Virus record (IMG/VR): IMGVR_UViG_2521172663_000002 | Span: 2,936 to 66,935 of that record | DNA length: 64,000 nt | Reading direction: 5' to 3' (one strand) | From: a virus | Taxonomy: Duplodnaviria > Caudoviricetes | Part shown: one piece after another, positions 37,915 through 48,309 of the stretch | How the letters are laid out: each line of letters starts with the position of its first letter | Position numbering within the stretch: position 1 is the stretch's first letter | Position numbers and translations under genes: made by a program | The notes under the pieces: model-generated | Seen by the model: the letters and a program-made list of their open reading frames with translations, nothing else | Told to the model about the DNA's origin: nothing | The model's database searches: none

Positions 37915-40281
37915 TTGGCCGGTAATAATAATGATGATCTGATTATCTCAATCAGCACCGACCTTGCAACCGTAAAGCGTGCCCTAAACAGGCTGGTGTC
38001 GGACGTAGGCGCGGCATCCAGTGGCATTGAGAAACGTTTTGCCGCGACTGGGAAGTCGATCAACAATTCGCTCACCACGTCGATGCAGGATCGCATCAAC
38101 AGTATGGTGGGTATTGGGACGACGGCAGCAAAAGAATGGAACGGGGTTCTCGCTGATCAGCAGAAAGAGCTTGATCGCCTCCGCGCCAAATACAGCCCGT
38201 TGTTCGCTACAATTTCTAATTATAGGAACGCCGTCGCCGAGATCCGGCAGGCACATGCTGCCGGCGCCATTTCTGCTAATGAGATGGCCTCGGCAATTCA
38301 ACGGGAGCGACAGGCCGCCCTTGCTTCGACTGCGGCCATCAAGGGCCGTAACGCCGCACTGAAGGCAACAGTTACAACGAGTAGCGGCAACAGCTTCAAT
38401 ACCGCAAACATTGCCGCTCAGTTCCAGGACATCGGCGTGACGGCAGCGATGGGGATGTCACCCATCCAGATCGCCCTGCAGCAGGGCACCCAGCTTTCGG
38501 CCGTCCTGCAGCAGATTAAAGATAGCGGGCAGGGTGTCGGCCAAGGTCTTGCGGCTGCATTTGCGTCGGTAATTTCTCCGTTGTCGCTGGTAACGATCGG
38601 CGTCATCGCCGCAGGCACAGCGGCATTTCAGTACTTTTCGACGATAATGAGCGAAGGCGATAAGTCCGCCGAAGTGCTCAAAGAGCAGGCTGCGCTGATT
38701 GCTGCTGTCGCCGAACGCTGGGGCGATGCCGTCCCCGCTTTACGCGACTACGCTGACCAGCTGAAGCGTGCGCAGGACAATGCCGACCTCAGCAAGGGCG
38801 CTGACATTGTAAATACCAACACGCTTGCTGACGTCCGCAAAGAGGTCGAGAGCACACGCGCCACTATTGCTGATCTGGTCTCGCAACTTCAGTCTGCAGG
38901 TGAAGAAGCTGACGTTATCAAGAACCTCCAGTCAGCATTCAACGACTTCGCGAAGGCTGCCGAAGAAGGCAAGGCGCAGACTGAAGATGTGGACCGTGTG
39001 CAGTCGGCCCTCAGTGCGGCGATAAACAGCACCGGCATTCCTGCACTCGCTGAGTTCGCCAAATACTTTTCCACGCTATCGGCAGCTGCGCTGTCGGCCG
39101 CTGACAGCGTCCAGAAAGTCAACGACGCAACGTCTGTAGCAACCTCCAGGATCAATGATCCGAGGACGTGGCGCGGAGCAGGCCAGCAGGATTCACAATT
39201 CGGCGCAGACGCCACAATCCAAGGAACTCAGTTTCCCCTACCGGATAACGGCCCGACACCAGATCGACGCCCGTCCGATCTGGACACAGACAAAAACAGG
39301 GGTTTCGGCACACCCAAGCGGGCGAGAACTCCGCAAAAGACCGCATCCGACCGCTTCGCGGAAGACCTTCAGGCAGTTCGCGATCGAACCGAAGCGTTGC
39401 GCCAAGAAATGAACCTTATTGGCTTGTCCAATGAGGCTCAAGTCAAGCGCCGTACAGCCCTTGACCTAGAGCAAAAGGCACTCGCTGACCTTCGCGAAGA
39501 GGCGCGCAAGAAGGGCGAAAAAGACTTGGAAAGCATTACGCTTTCGCCCGACAAGATTGCCGCGATCGAGCAGGAGTCTGCTGCATATGCTCGGCAATCT
39601 GAGGCGCTTAGGAAAGCGCAAGAGGAACAGCAGAAGCTGAATGAGTGGAACAACGTCGCGAGAGATGCAACGCGCGGCTTTATCGACGATCTGATTCATG
39701 GCGAGAGTGCCGCGGACGCGTTTGCTGGCGCACTCAGTCGGATCGGCGACGCACTACTCGACGACGTGCTCGCCAGCTTGTTCAAGGTAAACAGTGCAGC
39801 TGGCGGCAGTGGCGGCCTCCTGAGTAGCTTCCTCGGCCTGTTTGGCGGCGGCGGGTTTGCTTCTCTTCCAATGACGGGGCCGGTTCCTACCGCAAGACCC
39901 GGCTTCTCAGATGGCGGCTATACCGGCGACGGTGGCAAATACCAGCCGGCCGGCGTCGTTCATAAAGGCGAGTACGTCTTTGACAAGGCTGCGGTTCAAG
40001 CTGCCGGCGGCCCCGCCGCGATGGAGGCAATGCGGCGCAATCTCAAAGGCTACGCCAACGGTGGCCCTGTCGGGATTTCGGTTCCGTCAATCCCGTCGCT
40101 GCGCCCGGCAAACGACAATGCCGTAAAGATCAACTACGCGCCTGTCATTGACGCGCGCGGGGCTGATGCTGAGGCTGTGGCCCGACTTGAGAGGGTAGTC
40201 GCAAAGCATGGCGCCGAAATGCAGGGCCGCGTCGAGGCGGCTGTGCGATCGGCTCAAAAACGAAACGTGAAGTTGGGGTAG
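37915..40281 (+). CDS. Tape measure protein
   Basis: AAQFQDI..IALQQGTQL; GGYTGDGGKYQPAGVVHKGEYV. Confidence 0.92.
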   Translation: MAGNNNDDLIISISTDLATVKRALNRLVSDVGAASSGIEKRFAATGKSINNSLTTSMQDRINSMVGIGTTAAKEWNGVLADQQKELDRLRAKYSPLFATISNYRNAVAEIRQAHAAGAISANEMASAIQRERQAALASTAAIKGRNAALKATVTTSSGNSFNTANIAAQFQDIGVTAAMGMSPIQIALQQGTQLSAVLQQIKDSGQGVGQGLAAAFASVISPLSLVTIGVIAAGTAAFQYFSTIMSEGDKSAEVLKEQAALIAAVAERWGDAVPALRDYADQLKRAQDNADLSKGADIVNTNTLADVRKEVESTRATIADLVSQLQSAGEEADVIKNLQSAFNDFAKAAEEGKAQTEDVDRVQSALSAAINSTGIPALAEFAKYFSTLSAAALSAADSVQKVNDATSVATSRINDPRTWRGAGQQDSQFGADATIQGTQFPLPDNGPTPDRRPSDLDTDKNRGFGTPKRARTPQKTASDRFAEDLQAVRDRTEALRQEMNLIGLSNEAQVKRRTALDLEQKALADLREEARKKGEKDLESITLSPDKIAAIEQESAAYARQSEALRKAQEEQQKLNEWNNVARDATRGFIDDLIHGESAADAFAGALSRIGDALLDDVLASLFKVNSAAGGSGGLLSSFLGLFGGGGFASLPMTGPVPTARPGFSDGGYTGDGGKYQPAGVVHKGEYVFDKAAVQAAGGPAAMEAMRRNLKGYANGGPVGISVPSIPSLRPANDNAVKINYAPVIDARGADAEAVARLERVVAKHGAEMQGRVEAAVRSAQKRNVKLG

Positions 40282-40311
40282 GGCGACGCAGTGAAAAGCG
40301 AGGGTGGCGGG

Positions 40312-40938
40312 TTAGCCTGAGGCTTTCTCGTCTTTTGTTGGGATAAAGACGGTTTTCTTTCGACCTCTAGCCTTGATGCCGCCCTGAGTGAAAACCCGAC
40401 CCGATATACTTTCCTTGGCTATTACCTTACTGAATTTGAGCATTTCCGCAGGATAGCTGATGATGCCATGATGCCTCACGGGCGCGCTTTTCACGATACG
40501 CCCCTCAGTGAAAAGATGTTCCACCTCGGAAGGCGGCGGCTCCGGTATCGTCTCAAAATAAAGAAAACTTTCTTCGCCGACCCCGCCGACCTCATGGCCA
40601 TTTTCATCAAAGAAATGAAGTTCATCACCTATCATCGTAGCGATTCGAAGGGTCGAGGGCTGATTATGTAACCTGCGTCCAGATTTTCTAAACGCGTTAC
40701 GTTCAACGTCTTCTTCAAGTGCGTCGGTATCAGTATCAGTATCAGCATCCGCAATTGGGGACTTGGCCGGATCTAATGCTTGGACATCTGTAGCCGTAGC
40801 CTCAACCTCGTTCATTCGCGCCAGAATTTCTTCCCGTTGCATCCGCAACGTTTTGATATCGCGCCTAGATAGCAACCATGCCCCGGCCCCTAAGACTGCG
40901 GGGACTAAAAAAAGGCTAAGACCTATGAGGGCGTACAT
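40312..40938 (-). CDS. Membrane-anchored hypothetical moron
   Basis: N-terminal TM MYALIGLSLFLV; TGATG-coupled to upstream gene. Confidence 0.55.
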   Translation of the reverse strand: MYALIGLSLFLVPAVLGAGAWLLSRRDIKTLRMQREEILARMNEVEATATDVQALDPAKSPIADADTDTDTDALEEDVERNAFRKSGRRLHNQPSTLRIATMIGDELHFFDENGHEVGGVGEESFLYFETIPEPPPSEVEHLFTEGRIVKSAPVRHHGIISYPAEMLKFSKVIAKESISGRVFTQGGIKARGRKKTVFIPTKDEKASG

Positions 40939-41195
40939 CAAATGATCTCCATCAGGTATTTTCGACCTTGCAGGTGGAGGAAAAATGCCATCGACATACA
41001 AAATATAGCACCAATGCTGATGAACGCCAAACTTTCCAGCCTCCATTCCAAGCCATAGAGTAACGCAAGGGCCGGCGTCAGGATGCCTGATGTTATGCAG
41101 GCAGTCGAAGCTCGATCAAATGAGTTAGCTATAAATTTCGCCTGTTCGTTATGTTGGGCTGCCGAAATTTGTTTGGGCGCTGAGGCAGTGGACAT
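40938..41195 (-). CDS. Two-TM small protein
   Basis: HNEQAKFIANSFDRAS then two TM helices. Confidence 0.6.
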   Translation of the reverse strand: MSTASAPKQISAAQHNEQAKFIANSFDRASTACITSGILTPALALLYGLEWRLESLAFISIGAIFCMSMAFFLHLQGRKYLMEII

Positions 41196-41363
41196 CGAAT
41201 TACGGTCTCGGTTCAGGCTTTGCGTCAGGGATAGCTTCGGTGGAAATCTACATGATTGCCCAGATGCGAAAATAAGCACACCCACACGCAAGAGTCGATC
41301 ATAGGACTCGCGTTAAGAGTGATTTTTTGATTTCAATGCCTCTGTAAACGGGGGCGGGGAATC

Positions 41364-42392
41364 ATGACCGAAAATTCAGATCACTTGGATAAAGAAATAT
41401 CGGTTTCCGTCGCTTACAGCGACAACAGCATCAAAGCCGGCGCGAAAAGCAGATTTATTGCAGCGATCGACAGACTAGGTGGAAGCGTTGTGGATTCCGC
41501 GAATGCTGCGATAGAGTCGTACGCCGAAAAGCGGCGCGCAAAAACGAGAGGGGAGGTCAGGTTGATCGAGGCCATTACCGACTACGGTGTAGCTCAGCTT
41601 GGTGCCAACCCGCAAACCGCGGAGAGAGCCTTCCAACGACATTTCCGTAAGGTTTTGTCACAGCAAGAGAACATTGACTATGTCCTCCTTGAGGCAAAAG
41701 CCGATCTCGAACTAAACCCGCCGGCGGCCGACGACCTAGACCAGACTGAGGAGCTGTCCGAAGCGTTCATGGACCGGTTTGAAGAATACTCCTCGACTGC
41801 CACAACTGATGAGTTGCGTCAGCGATGGGGGCGCGTTTTGGCGTCTGAAGTGCGAAAGCCGGGAACCTTCTCAGGAAAAGTACTACGCGTAATCGATGAG
41901 ATGGACACTGCTACAGCACAAATCTTTGAAGAAGTCTGCAAATCTAGGATAGATAACTTAGTCATCCGGTGCGTCTCCGGAGCTCTGCCATTCCTCGCTG
42001 CCGCTTCCCTAACAACAGCTGGTCTAATGTTAGAACCAGGTTTGGGGCAGGGTTTAGGGTTGCAGGAAGTGGACACGCCAGATGTGGGGAAAATTTGGGG
42101 ATTTGCCACAGAATGGGGCATGATCGGCCTTCCTTTAGCGGTTAGACCTAAAGTCGAATACGAGGAATCTGCTTGCCTGCGAATCGAAAGTACCAAACCA
42201 AAAATCCCAGTTTACGTGCTAACTGATGTTGGAAGGGCCATTGCCTCAATTCTTCCAGACAACCAAGCAAATGCTTTTGAACGGTACGCGAGTATTCTAG
42301 AAACCGGTGTGGTTGCCGATTGGGTACGTCGTTACAAACCTAATGGTGCGAACGGATACGCGCTTGTGTCGGAGACACGGTTGTCGCTTTAG
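41364..42392 (+). CDS. DUF2806-like protein
   Basis: QQENI..FMDRF..WGRVLASEVRKPGTFS. Confidence 0.7.
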   Translation: MTENSDHLDKEISVSVAYSDNSIKAGAKSRFIAAIDRLGGSVVDSANAAIESYAEKRRAKTRGEVRLIEAITDYGVAQLGANPQTAERAFQRHFRKVLSQQENIDYVLLEAKADLELNPPAADDLDQTEELSEAFMDRFEEYSSTATTDELRQRWGRVLASEVRKPGTFSGKVLRVIDEMDTATAQIFEEVCKSRIDNLVIRCVSGALPFLAAASLTTAGLMLEPGLGQGLGLQEVDTPDVGKIWGFATEWGMIGLPLAVRPKVEYEESACLRIESTKPKIPVYVLTDVGRAIASILPDNQANAFERYASILETGVVADWVRRYKPNGANGYALVSETRLSL

Positions 42393-42840
42393 GGGTGACA
42401 TATTGAAAACAGCGAGTTAGGCGGCTTACGCCGCCTGTATCATATGCGGTTCTGCATGCCATCGGTGTTTTGCATCATCGGCTTCATCGCTTCCCAGAGT
42501 GCGATGCATTTAGTTTTTCGGACGCCAGATAGATGTCTCGCCGGCCTTCTATAGTAAGACAAGTGGAGTAAATCTGCCTTCATTTATAGGCTTGGCACGT
42601 ACGCTCTGCCTTCTTCAAGATCGCCTTTTGAGTGTCAATTGGAAGCTCTTTTTGCTCCGCAGTCTGACATCCAGCCAAAGCCACTAACGCTATAAGCAAT
42701 GCAGTTCGTTTCACTGTAGCCCCCATGTCATCGGTTCGTCCTGACGATGAGCGTTGTTGTCATGCGTTGCCTCGTGAACCCACCGCAAAAAAACACGAAC
42801 ACAATCGGGAGTCGAGTCCCCGCAAGAGGCGGAATCCACA

Positions 42841-43485
42841 ATGACAATCACGTACCCGCTCCCAACTTCCTTCTTCGATGAGTTCCCAGGCTGGTCGACC
42901 GAGTTTGAGCCGCTTTGGCGGCAAGAATATTCACGAACGACCGGCGGCCAGACGATCGGCAAGGATTTCGGTTCTCCGCTTTGGAAGATGACGGCTCAAT
43001 CAAAGTCGCTCCGACCTAACGAGGTGGATTACTGGAGAGCTAGAATAATGAGTCTAGAAGGTGTCCTAAAGACCTTTCTGGCTTTTCCGAAATCTCGCTG
43101 TTTCCCTGTTGCCTATCCGAATGGAAGCTGGCCGACGGGAGGCGCGTTCGACGGCGTTGCGCAAGTCGCTACCATCGCCTCAAACCGCAAGGCCATTTCG
43201 CTATCGGGCTTACCCGCTGGCTACAAGGTCTCAATCGGCGATTACATCCAGATTGGCGACAAAGACCTGCATATGGTGATGGAGCCTATGACGGCCAGCG
43301 CTGGCGGCGTGACAACGCAGCTTGAGGTGCGCCCGCATCTTTGGCCGGGAGTGGTGGCGCCGGTCGCTGCCACGCTCGTTAAGCCTTCCTGCATCATGAC
43401 CTTGTTGCCGGGAACGGTTTCGACCACCGCCGACAAAGACACTGGACGGGCTGTAGTCAGCTTTCAGGCGATTGAAGCCCGGTAG
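42841..43485 (+). CDS. Distal tail protein
   Basis: Position after TMP; SRTTGG..PLW. Confidence 0.7.
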   Translation: MTITYPLPTSFFDEFPGWSTEFEPLWRQEYSRTTGGQTIGKDFGSPLWKMTAQSKSLRPNEVDYWRARIMSLEGVLKTFLAFPKSRCFPVAYPNGSWPTGGAFDGVAQVATIASNRKAISLSGLPAGYKVSIGDYIQIGDKDLHMVMEPMTASAGGVTTQLEVRPHLWPGVVAPVAATLVKPSCIMTLLPGTVSTTADKDTGRAVVSFQAIEAR

Positions 43486-43719
43486 TCATTGAATCTTCAC
43501 CCCGAAATGCGCGGCGATCATCTTCGATTCACGCGTGCCCTTGGCAACTTCACGATCAAAGCATTTCGCGTAGAGATCGGAACCCTTCTTGTCGCGGCAG
43601 GCGCGCTCGGCATTCCTGTGGACCGCTTTTTTCCAATCGAACGGCTCTGACTTTACGATGGGGCCTTGTTGGCAGGCAGTCAGGCACGCGGCCAATAGCG
43701 CGACGATTAAGTACTTCAT
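43486..43719 (-). CDS. Small lipoprotein moron, paralog A
   Basis: MKY..CLTAC lipobox; C-x11-C. Confidence 0.75.
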   Translation of the reverse strand: MKYLIVALLAACLTACQQGPIVKSEPFDWKKAVHRNAERACRDKKGSDLYAKCFDREVAKGTRESKMIAAHFGVKIQ

Positions 43720-43739
43720 GAAATCTCCGGAGCAAAATC

Positions 43740-43967
43740 TCAACGCGGTTGCACGTGTGCGTAACGAGCCATGATGCCGTCATAGAATTTTTTACGGCCG
43801 CGAACTTCTCGCTCGTAACACGTAGCAAACTGCTCCTTCCCTTTCGTGGTGCGGCAGTAGCGATCGGCGCCGTCTTCAATGGCCCTCTGCGCTTTCCATT
43901 CCGTAGGCGTTTGGGTCTGGCATGCGGTGAGCGTCAAAGCCGCAATGGCTAGAAAAAAGTACTTCAT
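43740..43967 (-). CDS. Small lipoprotein moron, paralog B
   Basis: MKY..TLTAC lipobox; C-x11-C. Confidence 0.75.
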   Translation of the reverse strand: MKYFFLAIAALTLTACQTQTPTEWKAQRAIEDGADRYCRTTKGKEQFATCYEREVRGRKKFYDGIMARYAHVQPR

Positions 43968-44064
43968 GAAATCCCCCAGTGACGGCGGGATTAATGCTCA
44001 ACTTTAAGTCTGTGTCTAGGCCACCTCAGGTGGCTTTTTGGTGTCAGATCCCAACGGGAAATCA

Positions 44065-44730
44065 ATGAGAAACATCTCAGCAGAAAACCTTGCTGCGCTT
44101 GGGGCGCGGCAACTGGTAGCGCGTGACTTCCTCTGGTTTGTTGCGCGCGATCGAGCGACTGGTGCGCCCGTCACTGATGGCATGTGGTCGGACGTCGGTA
44201 ACGTTACGGCTGCAATTATCCACCCGGATACAGGCTTGCCAGTCACCCGTGACTGGTACGGCTCCGGCACGCTGGTGCAGATCGATGACATTCCATTGGT
44301 AGCCAACCTCTCGGTGCAAAACGTCAACATTCGCCTGTCGCAGGTGAGCGAACACGTTCAGACGCTTGTCCGCCTTTACGACTGTAAACAGGCTCGCGTC
44401 GAGATCTACCGCGGCTTGTTCGATCCGGATAGCCGCCAGATGGTGGCGCCTGCCGAATGTCGTTTCGTCGGTTTCGTCGACACCATCACGATCACGACGC
44501 CGAGTGAAAACGAAGAGGGCAGCGTGACGATGGTGTGCGCAAGCCACACACAGGAAATGACGCGATCCAATCCGGCCACACGCAGTCACGCCACCCAGGT
44601 TCTCCGCCAAGCTGGTGACGCATTCTATCAGGATGCGGACACTTCATCTGAATGGGAATTCTTCTGGGGTTCTGAAAAGGGCAAGGTCGCGACGCAGCCA
44701 AAGCGCAAGAAATTTCTTGGGATCTTCTGA
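44065..44730 (+). CDS. Tail hub / minor tail protein
   Basis: WYGSGTLVQI..FVGFVD..FFWG. Confidence 0.7.
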   Translation: MRNISAENLAALGARQLVARDFLWFVARDRATGAPVTDGMWSDVGNVTAAIIHPDTGLPVTRDWYGSGTLVQIDDIPLVANLSVQNVNIRLSQVSEHVQTLVRLYDCKQARVEIYRGLFDPDSRQMVAPAECRFVGFVDTITITTPSENEEGSVTMVCASHTQEMTRSNPATRSHATQVLRQAGDAFYQDADTSSEWEFFWGSEKGKVATQPKRKKFLGIF

Positions 44731-45158
44731 TGGATGTTCGATTTGCTACTGCCGAGGACCGCGACCGCGTGGTCGCATTGTTGCGCGAAAGCCATGACGC
44801 AGCTGGTTTCACATTTCCGTTTCAGGCAGCTTACGCGGACCAGCTGTTTCAGCAGCACATGCTTTCTCCGATGGCTTGTGTGTTGGTCGCAGGCGATCGT
44901 GCGCAGGGCGTTCTGATGGCCGCTGCTTTTGAGCATCCGTTCGGTGCTGGCCGCATTGCCAAGGAAACGGTCTGGTTCGTGTCGCCAGAGGCGCGCGGCC
45001 GGGGCGCGATCAAGATGCTCGACGCTTACGAGACATGGGCGCGATCAGTCGGCTGCGTCTCTGCCGGTATGGCATCACTGGCAACCAATGACGTCTCCAT
45101 CCTCTACGAGAGGCGCGGCTACAGCGCTGTCGAAACACACTTCATGAAGCCGCTCTAG
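44730..45158 (+). CDS. GNAT acetyltransferase-like protein
   Basis: VRFATAED, WFVSPEARGRG, LYERRGY. Confidence 0.8.
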   Translation: MDVRFATAEDRDRVVALLRESHDAAGFTFPFQAAYADQLFQQHMLSPMACVLVAGDRAQGVLMAAAFEHPFGAGRIAKETVWFVSPEARGRGAIKMLDAYETWARSVGCVSAGMASLATNDVSILYERRGYSAVETHFMKPL

Positions 45159-45201
45159 CGGCTAAGCGCGCGGATAGCGCAGCGCATCCCAAGGAAAATC
45201 G

Positions 45202-48081
45202 ATGGCTATTTTTTCTGGTATCGCGACCGCGATTTCCGGCGCGATCTCGGCTGTCTCCAGTTTTATTGGTGGCCTCGGCGTCGTTGGCTCTTTCCTGCTG
45301 AAAACGGCCGTAGGCGTTGGCATAAGCCTGCTCGCCCAGTCGCTCGCCGGCAAGCCCAAAGATCCGACATTCTCCATCAACGGCACACTGCAAGGCGGCG
45401 GCGATATCTCGCGCTCCTTTATCATCGGTCGTACTGCGACTGCTGGCTCTCTCGTGTTCGTCAATACGTGGGGGCAGGATGGAGACACACCGAACGCCTA
45501 TCTGACGCAGGTTATCGCTCTATCTGACATGCCGATCCGGGGTCTTGCTGAAGTCTGGGTCAACGGCGAGCGTGTAACACTCGGTGGCCTGACTGATCGC
45601 GGATATGCCGTCAACGAGTATCCGGACAGCCTCTGGGTCAAGTTCTACGATGGCACCCAGACGACTGCCGACAGCTTCCTGTTCACGTCGGTATCGAACG
45701 GCAACAGATGGTGGAATCCTGACCGTATCGGTAGGGGTGTTGCTTACGCGATCGTGACAGCTCGCGTTTCCAAGAACATGTTCTCCGGCGTGCCGTCATT
45801 CAAGTTCGTCCTTGAAGGCATGCGCCTCTACGATATCTCGCGGGACAGCACGCAAGGCGGTGTCGGCACCCATCGTTATGCCGATCCGGCGACGTGGGGC
45901 GGCGACGGCGACTTTCTGCCGGCGGTACAGATCTACAATCTGCTGCGCGGCATCAGCTACAACGGTCAGTGGTTTTACGGCCTGCAGAACATGGCGGCGG
46001 CCCGCCTCCCTGCTTTGGCGTGGATTGCGCAGATCGAGAAGCACCGCGCAGGCACGCTGGAATCGACAGGCTGGGTCAACACCTATCGGAGCGGTGGGGA
46101 AGTTCAGGTCGAGGCTCCGCTGACGTCTGCCGTTGAGGCATTGCTCACGGCCTGCCAAGGCAAGATCTCGGAAGTTGGTGGCGTCTATTACCTGCATTCT
46201 GGCGCTCCGGATGCTCCGGTTATCGCATTCACCGACGACGATATCTTGTCGACTGAAGAGCAGGAGTTCACGCCGTTCCTTGGATTGGCGGATACCATCA
46301 ACGGTGTGTCGGCAAACTATCCTTCTCCGCAAGACGGCTGGGTATCAAAGACTGCGCCGCCGCTCTATCGAACTGATCTTGAAGCGATCGACGGCAATCG
46401 CCGTCTGATGGCCGACGTTGATCTGAACTTTGTTCCGTATGCGGAGCAGGTGCAGCGGCTGATGCGGTCGGCGCTAGAAGAGGCCCGACGCTTCCGCAGG
46501 CACACGATTGTTCTGCCTCCGAAATTCTGGGCCTATGCGACACCAGGTACGGTGTTTTCATGGACGTCAGAGCGTAACGGTTATATCGCGAAGCTGATGC
46601 GCCTCGACGGCGTGGCGGATCGCGCCAATCTCGATGTCATGGTCGACATCACCGAAGTTGATCCAGCCGACTACGATTGGAGTACGGATACAGACTTCAA
46701 ACCTCCGGTTGATGGACAGCTCGGGGTAATTCGCCCATCACCACAAGCGATTGTTGATTGGTTCGCTGAACCCGCCACAATCAAAGACGCAGCGGGTGAC
46801 GATAGGCGACCTGCCATCCGCCTGACTTGGGACAACACCGATGGACGCCTCGATGACGTCATTGGTATTGAGTACGAGGTCCGGCTTCAAGCCACGCTTG
46901 AAAAGGTAAGCGAGGGCCGAACAGACCAACCGCAGGTCGGCTCAATGCTCATCTCGCAGGGGCTGCTGCCGAATGAGAGCTACGTCGTTCGTGGCCGCTA
47001 CATTCCCGGTGGCGACAGGCCTGTGTTGTGGTCTGGATTTATCCCGGTCATTACACCGAACGTACTTCTCTCCGACAAGGATGTGTTCGTTGACGTCGAT
47101 CTTTCCGGCGTTGAAGAAGCTCTAGGCTGGCTCCGCAACAGCACCAGAACCGCTCAGGACGCCATTGACGGGCTGATTGCAGCGCAGATGGAATTGGCGA
47201 CGGTTGCCTACAAAGACACCCGCAATCTCGCCAGAGAGCTTTCCGTGGAGCTGGGAGCGGCGCGCGCCGAATATCGCGAGGATATCCAGCTTGCCGTTAA
47301 CGAAACCATGGCCGTCGCTGGTAAGGTGGAGACGTTGACGGCGGCACTAGGCGGCAGCTCCGCGTTCGTTAATATTGCCTGGGCGGCTTTAGCCACACCG
47401 GCAGGCTACGCGGCTCGGTATGGCGTGACGGCGGCTGTCAACGACGGTCAGTATCGTTCTGCGGCGCTATTGTTGGATGTACCAGCAAACCCGCTGAGCC
47501 CGACGCGCCTGGTCGGCTTCGCTGACCAATTTGTCATAGCCAGCGGCGATATGTCGGTAATCAAGCAGCCGTTCGTAGTTCAGGGCGGTGTGCTCTACGC
47601 CAACGACATCAGGGTCAACAAGCTATCGGCATTTACCTCCGTGCTCGGGAACGTCAACATTGAGGAAGCCTACATTGGCAACCTTCAGGTTGGTACCTCT
47701 AACATCGAGCCAGGCGCAATCACGCGGGTCGACGCCAATGCGAGAACTGACACTGGTACGTTTGATGTCACCGTGAGCCACGGCCAAGGATCACCGACTG
47801 TGCGTCTCGATATCGTAAGCAAGCTGATATCTGGCGGAACGGTCAACGGGAAGTCTCAGATTGTTACCCAAAATATCACCAACGGTGGCGAAGTGAGCAA
47901 CTTCTGCATCTTCAACTCGACGGATGATGCCAGCGGATTCCGCTACGTTGGCAGCGACATTGTTCTCTACACTCCCTTGCCCAATCAGTCTCAGACAACG
48001 TTTCGAGTAACCGTGTCTGGCGGACCGTTCATCGGATCGGTCGATAGAACCATTTTGATCGCATCCACCTTCAAGCGCTGA
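45202..48081 (+). CDS. Central tail tip / host-specificity protein (J-like)
   Basis: 959 aa; Phage-tail_3-like core, FN3-like segment, ADQFVI..PFVVQGG. Confidence 0.85.
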   Translation: MAIFSGIATAISGAISAVSSFIGGLGVVGSFLLKTAVGVGISLLAQSLAGKPKDPTFSINGTLQGGGDISRSFIIGRTATAGSLVFVNTWGQDGDTPNAYLTQVIALSDMPIRGLAEVWVNGERVTLGGLTDRGYAVNEYPDSLWVKFYDGTQTTADSFLFTSVSNGNRWWNPDRIGRGVAYAIVTARVSKNMFSGVPSFKFVLEGMRLYDISRDSTQGGVGTHRYADPATWGGDGDFLPAVQIYNLLRGISYNGQWFYGLQNMAAARLPALAWIAQIEKHRAGTLESTGWVNTYRSGGEVQVEAPLTSAVEALLTACQGKISEVGGVYYLHSGAPDAPVIAFTDDDILSTEEQEFTPFLGLADTINGVSANYPSPQDGWVSKTAPPLYRTDLEAIDGNRRLMADVDLNFVPYAEQVQRLMRSALEEARRFRRHTIVLPPKFWAYATPGTVFSWTSERNGYIAKLMRLDGVADRANLDVMVDITEVDPADYDWSTDTDFKPPVDGQLGVIRPSPQAIVDWFAEPATIKDAAGDDRRPAIRLTWDNTDGRLDDVIGIEYEVRLQATLEKVSEGRTDQPQVGSMLISQGLLPNESYVVRGRYIPGGDRPVLWSGFIPVITPNVLLSDKDVFVDVDLSGVEEALGWLRNSTRTAQDAIDGLIAAQMELATVAYKDTRNLARELSVELGAARAEYREDIQLAVNETMAVAGKVETLTAALGGSSAFVNIAWAALATPAGYAARYGVTAAVNDGQYRSAALLLDVPANPLSPTRLVGFADQFVIASGDMSVIKQPFVVQGGVLYANDIRVNKLSAFTSVLGNVNIEEAYIGNLQVGTSNIEPGAITRVDANARTDTGTFDVTVSHGQGSPTVRLDIVSKLISGGTVNGKSQIVTQNITNGGEVSNFCIFNSTDDASGFRYVGSDIVLYTPLPNQSQTTFRVTVSGGPFIGSVDRTILIASTFKR

Positions 48082-48090
48082 GGAAATCCC

Positions 48091-48309
48091 ATGACTACCG
48101 GCAACACGATGCAGGTCGACGCTCTCGTCGCCTTGCATGAAGCAGAAGTGCGCGAAGGCTTTTTGAAGCAGCGCACTCTGCTGTTATCCCAGCATCTTTC
48201 GATGCAGAAACAAGAAAACGAGATCCTTCTCGACAAGATCAACGGCCTTGAAGCCGATCTGCGCCTCGCTCGCGGTGAAGGCGAGACCAACGACGGAGCA
48301 TCCCAATAA
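48091..48309 (+). CDS. Small coiled-coil tail protein
   Basis: GAGGA RBS; between tip and fibre. Confidence 0.6.
   Translation: MTTGNTMQVDALVALHEAEVREGFLKQRTLLLSQHLSMQKQENEILLDKINGLEADLRLARGEGETNDGASQ

Noticed and set aside
40724-40750. (GTATCA)n microsatellite
   Set aside because: About three hexamer units encoding DT repeats; frame-neutral, no evidence of phase variation.
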